A DNA stretch of 32,664 nucleotides from Syntrophaceae bacterium (lineage in GTDB: Bacteria; Desulfobacterota; Syntrophia; Syntrophales; UBA2185): positions 1 to 32,664 of the forward strand of contig DNUI01000085.1 of the NCBI GenBank assembly GCA_003508565.1. Direction: 5' to 3'. Positions within the stretch are counted from its first letter, which is position 1; every line of letters begins with the position of its first letter. The notes beneath the pieces were generated by a model. It was not told the origin of the DNA. It saw only the letters and a list, made by a program, of their open reading frames with translations, and ran no database searches. Shown piece after piece: positions 8,748 to 15,650 of the stretch. A program made the translations under genes and the position numbers.

Positions 8748-9131
8748 TCAATTCCGTCCAGCGGATTTATCCTCGATGCGCCGTTTGATGTCTTGTTTTA
8801 TCCTTACCTTCTCTGCTTCTTCGTAGGTCAGTTCGGAGGATTTCTTCACACCGTAATCCTCCGCCATTTCCACTCGGATATCAGGTTTCCGGCCCGTGTG
8901 CTCCTCCACGATCTTTGTGCAGCACATTACCGGGCAGCCCTCGATGATTACAAAGATCTCTGCATTTTTAACCTTGTTGATGCCGGTTTCCTTGTTGATG
9001 GCTACCGCAGGCAGGCAAAGCAGGTGAAAGTCTTCATTTTCCTTCACCAGTTCAGTGGTTATCGCTCCGGCCAGTTGTCCTGTGTTGGCTGCACCATAGC
9101 AGGTGGTCATCACAATTTTGAATTTTGACAT
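8748..9131 (-). CDS. DGC-domain (putative zinc-binding, Cys-rich) protein
   Basis: 127 aa with CYGAANTGQLAG near the N-terminus, LCLPAVA, and IIEGCPVMCC in place of the family DGC motif. RBS ACAGGAG. Confidence 0.7.
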   Translation of the reverse strand: MSKFKIVMTTCYGAANTGQLAGAITTELVKENEDFHLLCLPAVAINKETGINKVKNAEIFVIIEGCPVMCCTKIVEEHTGRKPDIRVEMAEDYGVKKSSELTYEEAEKVRIKQDIKRRIEDKSAGRN

Positions 9132-9311
9132 TATTTTGCTCCTGTCATGTCATGAAATTGATCTGATCGCTTCAAACAAATATTTTCTTTTATGTGCCGT
9201 CATTCATACTTTGGAAGTTCTACACAAACTGCACTGTACACATAGATAGGGAAAACAGCACCACCACAGAAGCCAAGATGCACCGATTTAAGTTTCATAT
9301 TCCTTCCATAT

Positions 9312-9917
9312 TTACTGCTGCTGCAGTTTCTGGAGGGCGTTGATAATGTCCTCACCCCCGACAAACATTTCCATATTGTCGCCCCTCACGATCACGCAGC
9401 TTGGCGTTGCATTGACTTTATCGTACTGGAGTAAGGAGTTGAACCATTCAAAGGTTGACTTAGGATCGAAGGCGGTAAAGGGTATTTTTTTGTTCCTGAA
9501 AAGATCCTCTATTCTCTCCGCCGTTGTGATATGCTTGTTATCGGTTGCCTCAAAAAGGGTGTTCCTTACCATCATGGCATGCTCGAAGTCATTTTTCGCT
9601 TGTATAGCATACAGAAAGTATCTAGCGTACAGGCCGCTATAGCGGTAGAAGGGGGTGTCCACCATGGTCAAGGTGATGATGTTTCTCTTGACTAGATCCT
9701 TCAACACCGGTTCAACGGCAGGTTTCATCCCCCTGCAGGGAGGGCAGAAAAAATCCGTATACATGCGCACTTGGACCGCTCCAGAACCATATGTAGGAAA
9801 TGAAACATTCTGAGCCTTTACGTCTCCATGGGATACAAAGAATAAAGCGATTGTTGTGAAGAACAATGTCAATAAGGGAACTAATGTACATTTCATGCTG
9901 TTTTTACCGATTTTCAT
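9312..9917 (-). CDS. exported DsbA-like thiol:disulfide oxidoreductase (CPPC), paralogue 1
   Basis: Signal/anchor present. Active site is DFFCPPC. It shares the signature D-x-P-F/I-x4-L-YA-R/K-Y-F/Y-LYA with 10134..10763 and with the C-terminal domain of 11333..12364. The track start is TTG 9923; ATG 9917 is preferred. Confidence 0.8.
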   Translation of the reverse strand: MKIGKNSMKCTLVPLLTLFFTTIALFFVSHGDVKAQNVSFPTYGSGAVQVRMYTDFFCPPCRGMKPAVEPVLKDLVKRNIITLTMVDTPFYRYSGLYARYFLYAIQAKNDFEHAMMVRNTLFEATDNKHITTAERIEDLFRNKKIPFTAFDPKSTFEWFNSLLQYDKVNATPSCVIVRGDNMEMFVGGEDIINALQKLQQQ

Positions 9918-9935
9918 TTTCAATCTATCCTTTCT

Positions 9936-10121
9936 TCATTTGTTACCTATGCAGTCCTTCTTCCATAGACAGTCGTCGTCATTACATGTATCTTTCGTGC
10001 GAAAACACGGCGAATATCCTTCAGCTCTCTGAATATCACGAATAATGTCCTGTTTGGTGCGACCTTTTCGGGCGTCAACACCCCATCCTTCGGCGATTTT
10101 CCGAATCTCTTCCAGTTTCAT
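9936..10121 (-). CDS. 61-aa Rho_N/SAP-like helical protein with C-terminal 4-Cys motif
   Basis: Strong RBS AAGGAGGA 7 nt upstream of the ATG. The N-terminus LEEIRKIAEGWGV..KQDIIRDIQ resembles the Rho_N/SAP fold. The C-terminus reads CFRTKDTCNDDDCLWKKDC (C-x7-C-x4-C-x6-C). Confidence 0.7.
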   Translation of the reverse strand: MKLEEIRKIAEGWGVDARKGRTKQDIIRDIQRAEGYSPCFRTKDTCNDDDCLWKKDCIGNK

Positions 10122-10133
10122 TGATCATCCTCC

Positions 10134-10763
10134 TTACTTTTTCGGGTGTCCAAGCGCGGTGCGCAGTTCGGACACCCCCTTCTTGATGTTCTTATCTCCC
10201 GAATATTTCCGGATATCCGTTGAAGAATAGACAAAGACAATGTTCGGCGTCCCTCGCACCTGGTACTTCCTCACGATGTCGTTGTATTGCTTGAAAACAG
10301 GCTTCACATCGTAGGGCTTCAGGGGAACGTTTCTGGCCTTCAAGGCGTTTTCCAATTGCGGCTCCGTGATGGCGCCGATGCGCGACGCCGTATCGAACAA
10401 CACTTTTCTCGCGAGGAGCACGTCTTTATATGATTGAGAAGCATTTGCCGCATACAAAAAGTACCTGGCGTAGAGAGGGGTCAATTTATAAATGGGGAAA
10501 TCCACAAAACTCACCGTGACGCCTCCATCGGCTAACAGTTCGTGGACCTCGTTGTCTAACCAATGTTCCAGTCTCTGGCAGGGCTGGCAGAAATAGTCTG
10601 AAAATATAAGCATCTGGTATGGGCCGGAACCATAGGATGGAACGAGTGCGTTTTCAGCGCTGTGCGCCGTCATCATCGATCCTGTGAATGTGAGCGTTAT
10701 GCAAAGGCACCCAAGAAACGCTACAACCGGTAGATACAACTTTTGCAACTTTAACATAGGCAA
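10134..10763 (-). CDS. exported DsbA-like thiol:disulfide oxidoreductase (CQPC), paralogue 2
   Basis: Signal anchor LKLQKLYLPVVAFLGCLCITLTF and active site DYFCQPC, with the same family signature as paralogues 1 and 3. TTG 10763 is 6 nt after GAGG; the alternative start is ATG 10757. Confidence 0.8.
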   Translation of the reverse strand: MPMLKLQKLYLPVVAFLGCLCITLTFTGSMMTAHSAENALVPSYGSGPYQMLIFSDYFCQPCQRLEHWLDNEVHELLADGGVTVSFVDFPIYKLTPLYARYFLYAANASQSYKDVLLARKVLFDTASRIGAITEPQLENALKARNVPLKPYDVKPVFKQYNDIVRKYQVRGTPNIVFVYSSTDIRKYSGDKNIKKGVSELRTALGHPKK

Positions 10764-10799
10764 TTTAAACCTCGATCGCTTGAGAACCTTCTTGTCATC

Positions 10800-11252
10800 T
10801 TATTGTGTCATTTCATGTATGAAGTCTTTAGCCCTGTCCCCTCTCAGATAGTCGGCCAGCCCAAGAAGACCCTCGACAAGGTATTTTGACTGGTAGCCCT
10901 TCAAGGTCAGAAATGTCCGGGCAATCTCGGCCCGGTCATAGTGAGGGCACACCGTGACGATAATCTTAGACCTGTCCAGTTCTTTCAGCCTGTCAGGAAG
11001 CTCATTGAGCGGGATGTGTTTTATAAATCCGAAACTATAGACCTGATGTTCTTCCCGGAAACGAATATCGATGATCTGAACGCTCCCTTGTTTGTAAAGG
11101 TGCAGCATTTCCTGAATGCCGATTTTCATGTTTCTGCGTTCCTGATAGTCAAAAGCTTTAAGATAGTTTTCAAACGAAACGCTTTCCCCTGCGTACACCT
11201 GTGTAGTCATCAACAACAGACACAACAATGCCAGAACTCCGTTTTTCACCAT
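10800..11252 (-). CDS. exported single-domain rhodanese (sulfurtransferase)
   Basis: Signal peptide MVKNGVLALLCLLLMTTQVYAGES and active-site loop VTVCPHYDRAEIA. The track start GTG 11273 reads through the RBS GAGGAGGAAGGA, so ATG 11252 is preferred. Confidence 0.85.
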   Translation of the reverse strand: MVKNGVLALLCLLLMTTQVYAGESVSFENYLKAFDYQERRNMKIGIQEMLHLYKQGSVQIIDIRFREEHQVYSFGFIKHIPLNELPDRLKELDRSKIIVTVCPHYDRAEIARTFLTLKGYQSKYLVEGLLGLADYLRGDRAKDFIHEMTQ

Positions 11253-11332
11253 TATTCCTTCCTCCTCGAACACTCAATGTCTTTCAACAGCGGCAACGCA
11301 CAATGGCGCCTTGGATGCCGCCACACTGGCAA

Positions 11333-12364
11333 TTACTTTTTCCCAGCACCTTTATACATTTTCAACGTTGCCAACCCGTCCAATATCTCGCCAGTTCCAA
11401 TGTATTTTCTTGAATAGGATGGAAAATACCGGATGATACATGTAGGAGTTGCGTCGATTCGATTTTGCTTGATACTATTGTTCAACGTCTGAAAGACCGG
11501 TTTCTCATCATATTCCGTCCAGGTGATCTTCTGTTCTTTCAGATACTTCACGAGAAGCTCTCTTGAGTGAATGTTTTGCTCCTGTGCCGCATGGAAGAGG
11601 TGGCTGCGAATCCGTAGAACCTCCCGTGCATCGGCACCGGCATGGACGGCATAGAGATAATACTTTGCATATAACGGGGTTGCTTTGGAAAAAGGAACAT
11701 CGATGAAGCTTATCTTTACATTGCCGTTGGCAAGCAACTCCTTGACCACTGGTTCAAGCGATGCATCAAGAATCCGGCAGGGTGGACAGAAATAGTCGGA
11801 AAAGAAAAACACCTCGTAAGAACCTTTGCCGAGAGAGGGGGTACGGGAGCCCTCTTGCCCGTACGCGGGTGTAACGGAACCGGAAAAGGTGAACAAAATA
11901 CCGAGATATCCCAGAAGGGCGATAATCAGTAGCGGAACCTTTTGTAATTTTAACATAGGCAAATCAACCTCCCCAAGAAAATAGAGCCACATCTTCCGCC
12001 TGTTTTCGCGCCAGGCGGCAGGGGCTTCATAGTTTATGATAAACGCCGCGAGGACCGTGACGGCAAAGGCGAGACAAAACGGACAATATATGTCGTTCTG
12101 CAATTGGAATGTAAATAAATGAATCTCGACGCCGATACCTGCCGCGAGAAGAATGAGGACAAATGGAATTTGCCGGAAGGCGGCAAATGCGATGACCACA
12201 AGCATATATGCAATGCCAACCCATTTCAGATCAATCCCCAAGATATCCCCCTGCAAATAACTGCACGACGTATCGCAGACCTCGTAAAATATCATGAGGG
12301 CGATGCCGGTGACAGCAAGAATAATCGTGATTATGTGTTTGTACTTTTTAACATGATTCATCAT
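11333..12364 (-). CDS. fusion protein: 4-TM VKOR/DsbB-like quinone-linked thiol oxidase domain + TM5 + DsbA-like CPPC domain (paralogue 3)
   Basis: Loop Cys pair C-DTS-C-S after TM1, CPFC at the start of TM4, a basic cytoplasmic linker, then TM5 and a DsbA-like domain with DYFCPPC. This is the topology known for bacterial VKOR-thioredoxin fusions. The VKOR assignment is tentative because loop 1 is short. Confidence 0.7.
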   Translation of the reverse strand: MMNHVKKYKHIITIILAVTGIALMIFYEVCDTSCSYLQGDILGIDLKWVGIAYMLVVIAFAAFRQIPFVLILLAAGIGVEIHLFTFQLQNDIYCPFCLAFAVTVLAAFIINYEAPAAWRENRRKMWLYFLGEVDLPMLKLQKVPLLIIALLGYLGILFTFSGSVTPAYGQEGSRTPSLGKGSYEVFFFSDYFCPPCRILDASLEPVVKELLANGNVKISFIDVPFSKATPLYAKYYLYAVHAGADAREVLRIRSHLFHAAQEQNIHSRELLVKYLKEQKITWTEYDEKPVFQTLNNSIKQNRIDATPTCIIRYFPSYSRKYIGTGEILDGLATLKMYKGAGKK

Positions 12365-12428
12365 TTCACACATATGCCTCCTGTTTCGTTGAGCTCCTTT
12401 TACCCTCTAAACTTTATTGATCCAAATG

Positions 12429-13220
12429 TTAAATGGCAACGCCGAAATAAATAAGAATATATTTCAGGGACACATAAAGAAAGAGCAATCCGAAAAGGAA
12501 CTTCAGTGCGGCGGGTTTGAACTTCGCCACAAGCTTGGCCCCATAGATGGCGCCGATCAGGGCGCCGACGCCAAGGGTTATTGCCACAGGAATGTTCACC
12601 ACGTTCTGATAGAATTTGAAAATAGCGCCGACCAGAGCCATCCAGACGAAAGAGGCCATGGACGTGCCGATGGCGAGCTTCATCGGCGCTTTGAACAGAT
12701 AGATGAACGAGGGCACCAGGGCATACCCGCCGCCGAGGCCCACGATACCAGTGAGAAAACCGATGGCCGATCCCAGGACACCTTTCTGGAAAGACGAACC
12801 CGGCATTCCTCCCCCGGCCGCCGGCTGCGGCAGGGGGTTCTTTCCTAACAGGCCCTTGCCGCCCTCGTAGAGCATCCGCAGGGTGACCAGCAGGAAGGCG
12901 ATGCCGATGATCAGATCGATCAGATCCCCGTAAGGCATGACGTAGGCGAAAACGACTGAGCCGATGATCACTCCCAAAACACCGCTCGCCCCCGTGACAT
13001 AGGCGGTCTGTTTGTCCACGTTGCCCATCCGGATGTGCTGAACAGCTCCGGATCCCGCCGTGAACACGACGGCCGTTAGTGTCGTTCCCACTGCAAAGGC
13101 TGGGTCGAAATCAAAACCGAAACGGATGACCGGCATCATCAGAGCACAGCCGCCCGTTCCTAAAAGTCCACCGACTACTCCGGCAGCAATACCAACCACA
13201 AAATAAATGAGAAAACTCAA
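12429..13220 (-). CDS. TauE/SafE (TSUP) family anion transporter
   Basis: 263 aa and about 8 TMs, with an internal repeat carrying GLLGTGGCALMMP and GIVGLGGGYALVP. TTG start 5 nt after AAGGAGGTG. TTGA overlap with the upstream gene. Confidence 0.9.
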   Translation of the reverse strand: MSFLIYFVVGIAAGVVGGLLGTGGCALMMPVIRFGFDFDPAFAVGTTLTAVVFTAGSGAVQHIRMGNVDKQTAYVTGASGVLGVIIGSVVFAYVMPYGDLIDLIIGIAFLLVTLRMLYEGGKGLLGKNPLPQPAAGGGMPGSSFQKGVLGSAIGFLTGIVGLGGGYALVPSFIYLFKAPMKLAIGTSMASFVWMALVGAIFKFYQNVVNIPVAITLGVGALIGAIYGAKLVAKFKPAALKFLFGLLFLYVSLKYILIYFGVAI

Positions 13221-13540
13221 TGTTCCACCTCCTTCAGGATAATTGATGTATTCAAATGTCTTCCAAGAATCTCCATGGCGTCTCCCATTTGATTATCTGT
13301 AACCCGGACACCCTTTCTTTCAAACCATCGCCTCGTCTCTCCGTCAATGCCGCCGCAAAGGAGAACGTCCGGAGCAAGAGCAAGAAGCTTGGCCTTTCTT
13401 AGGGATGGCGAACGGTCCTCCAAGGGGATCTTCAAAATAGAACATACAGTTCCGCCATCGACCTGGACCAGGAGAAGCTCCGGGGCGGTAAAAAAGTGAG
13501 GGGATACCCGGTTCTCAAAAAGAGGTATGGCCACCTTCAT
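13217..13540 (-). CDS. NifX/NifB-like (dinitrogenase FeMo-cofactor-binding fold) small protein
   Basis: MKVAIPLFENRVSPHF...LLCGGIDGETRRWFERKGVRV matches the Nitro_FeMo-Co domain pattern. ATG 13540 is preceded by AGGAG; the track start 13558 is TTG. Confidence 0.7.
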   Translation of the reverse strand: MKVAIPLFENRVSPHFFTAPELLLVQVDGGTVCSILKIPLEDRSPSLRKAKLLALAPDVLLCGGIDGETRRWFERKGVRVTDNQMGDAMEILGRHLNTSIILKEVEH

Positions 13541-13590
13541 GACATGGTGCTCCTGCAAAGTTTCGGTATAGAATTATTTGAGTATGACAT

Positions 13591-13606
13591 CGCAAGGTGC
13601 GTGCCA
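13591..13606 (-). promoter_or_regulatory. sigma-54 (-24/-12) promoter of the NifX-like/TauE/VKOR-DsbA/rhodanese operon
   Basis: The minus strand reads GTGGCACGCACCTTGCGAT, a near-perfect TGGCACG-N4-TTGC. It lies about 50 nt upstream of ATG 13540. Confidence 0.8.
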
Positions 13607-13689
13607 CGGACACACAAATCTCAGTAAATGTGTTTCCCCTTAAAATCCAGTATCTTATTGTTTGCATCGCATGGCATTTTCTGTTTGTA

Positions 13690-13707
13690 TGTTTCATTTA
13701 TGAAACA
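13690..13707. promoter_or_regulatory. enhancer-binding-protein site 1, perfect palindrome TGTTTCA-N4-TGAAACA
   Basis: TGTTTCATTTATGAAACA, about 90 bp upstream of the -24 element. Confidence 0.6.
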
Positions 13708-13720
13708 GTCCCGGAACTGG

Positions 13721-13738
13721 TGTTTCAGATGTGAAACA
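13721..13738. promoter_or_regulatory. enhancer-binding-protein site 2, perfect palindrome TGTTTCA-N4-TGAAACA
   Basis: TGTTTCAGATGTGAAACA. Its centre is 31 bp (about 3 helical turns) from site 1, the classic tandem bEBP UAS layout. Confidence 0.6.
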
Positions 13739-13830
13739 TGAAGGATAGTCAGGTGTGTCCGATCCATAGGAACCTGAATGACCCCTCTTATTTCTCTTCA
13801 ATCGTGTAAAAGTGGTACTGTCTTTAAATA

Positions 13831-13851
13831 ATAGTTGACATATACAACTAT
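13831..13851. promoter_or_regulatory. inverted repeat ATAGTTG-N7-CAACTAT, candidate MarR operator overlapping a TTGACA -35 box
   Basis: ATAGTTGACATATACAACTAT lies 44 nt upstream of the marR-type ATG. It contains the GTTGAC half-site that recurs at 14381..14408. Confidence 0.45.
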
Positions 13852-13894
13852 ATATGAAAGAAAGGCGTCACCAATTTCCAAGGAGGATGGATTA

Positions 13895-14347
13895 ATGGAC
13901 GAACAGGCCAGGCAGCTTGCCGGGAGCATTGAAAAAATTATGTATTATTTTGGTACGCAAAGCATGGAGGGAGAGTGTTGTGAAAATATTTCTCTCGGCG
14001 AATTTTTTGCCCTTCGCGCCGTATTGCATCGGAATATCTGTACCATGCAGGATATTGCAAAAAGCGCCGTGGTCACTAAAAGCGGTGCGACCCGCATTGT
14101 CAGTCGTCTGGAGGATAAGGGTCTCGCGCATCGCGAACAGGACCAGAAAGATGGGAGGATCTGTTGTGTGACGTTGACGGATGACGGCAAATCGCTCCTG
14201 AATCGTATCGAGGATCAACTCATGAATAAGATACAGACGATGCTGGTGGCGATGGACCCGGACATGCGCGAAATTCTGATGATTACCCTTCATGCATTTT
14301 GTCAGTCCGCAGACCGACAAATGACAAAATGGGAGAAACTGTCCTAA
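13895..14347 (+). CDS. MarR family transcriptional regulator
   Basis: Winged-helix core ICTMQDIAKSAVVTKSGATRIVSRLEDKGLAHREQDQKDGR. ATG 13895 is 7 nt after AAGGAGGA; the track start TTG 13835 lies in the promoter region. Confidence 0.9.
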   Translation: MDEQARQLAGSIEKIMYYFGTQSMEGECCENISLGEFFALRAVLHRNICTMQDIAKSAVVTKSGATRIVSRLEDKGLAHREQDQKDGRICCVTLTDDGKSLLNRIEDQLMNKIQTMLVAMDPDMREILMITLHAFCQSADRQMTKWEKLS

Positions 14348-14380
14348 ACGGATGGGCTTATTCAACGATAGATTCAGTCA

Positions 14381-14408
14381 GTCAACAAATGTTGAAATAG
14401 TCAACTAT
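14381..14408. promoter_or_regulatory. array of alternating GTCAAC/GTTGA half-sites, candidate second MarR operator
   Basis: GTCAACAAATGTTGAAATAGTCAACTAT contains the palindromes TCAACA-AA-TGTTGA and ATAGT-CA-ACTAT. It lies about 100 nt upstream of the permease start. Confidence 0.4.
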
Positions 14409-14505
14409 CATTACATAAACCAAATGAACTGCCTCGCTGCAAGGAGCGAAGTATTGTCTCTCGAAGAAATAGAGACCTCATTTAGAAGCATAGGAGGACT
14501 TACAG

Positions 14506-15618
14506 GTGTTTCAAATGAATAATTTTGTCACTGCCGGTCAATTTTTTATAGTGATTGCCGGGGAACTGATTCTGATTTTTGTGGCCGTTTCCTTTCTCAT
14601 CGGGGTCCTGACGGAATATCTCCCTCCATCCCGCATCAGGGATTTTCTTTCCAACAAGATTACGTCGGTACAATACCTGTTGGGTGCTGGCTTGGGCGCC
14701 CTCACGCCTTTCTGCTCTTGTTCAACCGTTCCTATCACGGCAGGGTTGCTAAAGGGCGGCGTACCATTTGGCCCGATTATGGCGTTCCTTTTTTCTTCAC
14801 CAGTTCTCAATCCTGTAATTATTGCTCTTTTGCTCTCGCTCCTGGGTCTTAAAGTGACGATGGCTTATGTCGTCATTACCTTTTTTGGTTCCATGGTAAC
14901 GGCGGCTCTCCTGTCGAAACTCGGAATGGAAGGACAGGTCAAGCCCTTGATGAATTTTCAGGCAGCCTGTTGCGCGGAAGAGAAAACAAAGCCTGATGTC
15001 GGCCTCGTGATGATCCAGCCGGCTGCCACCGGCTGTTGTTCTAATGAAAGTGCTCAACCTCAGAAGTTGTCTACCTTGCCCACCTATCAAGCTCCGAGCG
15101 CCTGCGGCGCGGGGGGAGCAGAGATGATGCTTGCAAAGCTACCGGCTGAAGCGTCATGCTGCACTGTCAATTTTGATGCGAAAGACTCGGCATATGTACC
15201 TTTTAAAGAAAAGATGAAAAACGCAGCGTCGTCAGCACTTGACACGTTCAAGGGGGTGTTCTGGTATCTGCTTTTGGGAGCAGGGATCGGCGCTTTCATC
15301 TACGGATTTTTCCCGCAGGATCTGTTTGTTAGATTGGCAGGACCGGGCAATTCATGGTCTATTCCTATTGCGGCGGCCATCGGCGTACCAATGTATATCA
15401 GGGCGGAAACGGTGATTCCCATCAGTGCCGCCCTTGTGGGAAAGGGTATGGGGGTGGGAACGGTGCTCGCCCTCATCATCGGCGGTGCCGGGGCAAGTAT
15501 TCCAGAGATGATCATTCTTGGTTCCATGTTCAGGAAGAAACTGATCGCCGCTTTTATACTGAACGTTTTTCTGGTCGCAATTGCGGCAGGGTATATTGTG
15601 GATAAACTGATATATTAA
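14506..15618 (+). CDS. ArsP-family (PF03773-like, 'predicted permease') transporter with Cys-rich central loop
   Basis: Family motif LTPFCSCSTVPITAGLLKGG. The central loop carries three vicinal Cys pairs (ACCAEE, TGCCSNE, ASCCTV) plus ACGAGG. GTG start 7 nt after TAGGAGGA. Confidence 0.85.
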   Translation: MFQMNNFVTAGQFFIVIAGELILIFVAVSFLIGVLTEYLPPSRIRDFLSNKITSVQYLLGAGLGALTPFCSCSTVPITAGLLKGGVPFGPIMAFLFSSPVLNPVIIALLLSLLGLKVTMAYVVITFFGSMVTAALLSKLGMEGQVKPLMNFQAACCAEEKTKPDVGLVMIQPAATGCCSNESAQPQKLSTLPTYQAPSACGAGGAEMMLAKLPAEASCCTVNFDAKDSAYVPFKEKMKNAASSALDTFKGVFWYLLLGAGIGAFIYGFFPQDLFVRLAGPGNSWSIPIAAAIGVPMYIRAETVIPISAALVGKGMGVGTVLALIIGGAGASIPEMIILGSMFRKKLIAAFILNVFLVAIAAGYIVDKLIY

Positions 15619-15650
15619 AAGAGAGCAGACACCAAGAACCTGGGAGCGGG

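Noticed and set aside
8679-9128. A 149-aa + strand ORF covering the DGC locus.
   Set aside because: It is antisense to the DGC-domain gene, which has an RBS and conserved Cys pattern. Its 5' end runs through the rhodanese pseudogene fragment.
9200-9298. A 32-codon minus-strand ORF (MKLKSVHLGFCGGAVFPIYVYSAVCVELPKYE) in the 180-nt gap before the DGC gene. Reading through its TGA would extend it 22 codons to a TAATG overlap with the DGC start.
   Set aside because: The RBS spacing is poor, I recognise no homology, and the AT-rich sequence after the TGA forms no convincing SECIS-like hairpin. It is kept only as something to check with ribosome profiling.
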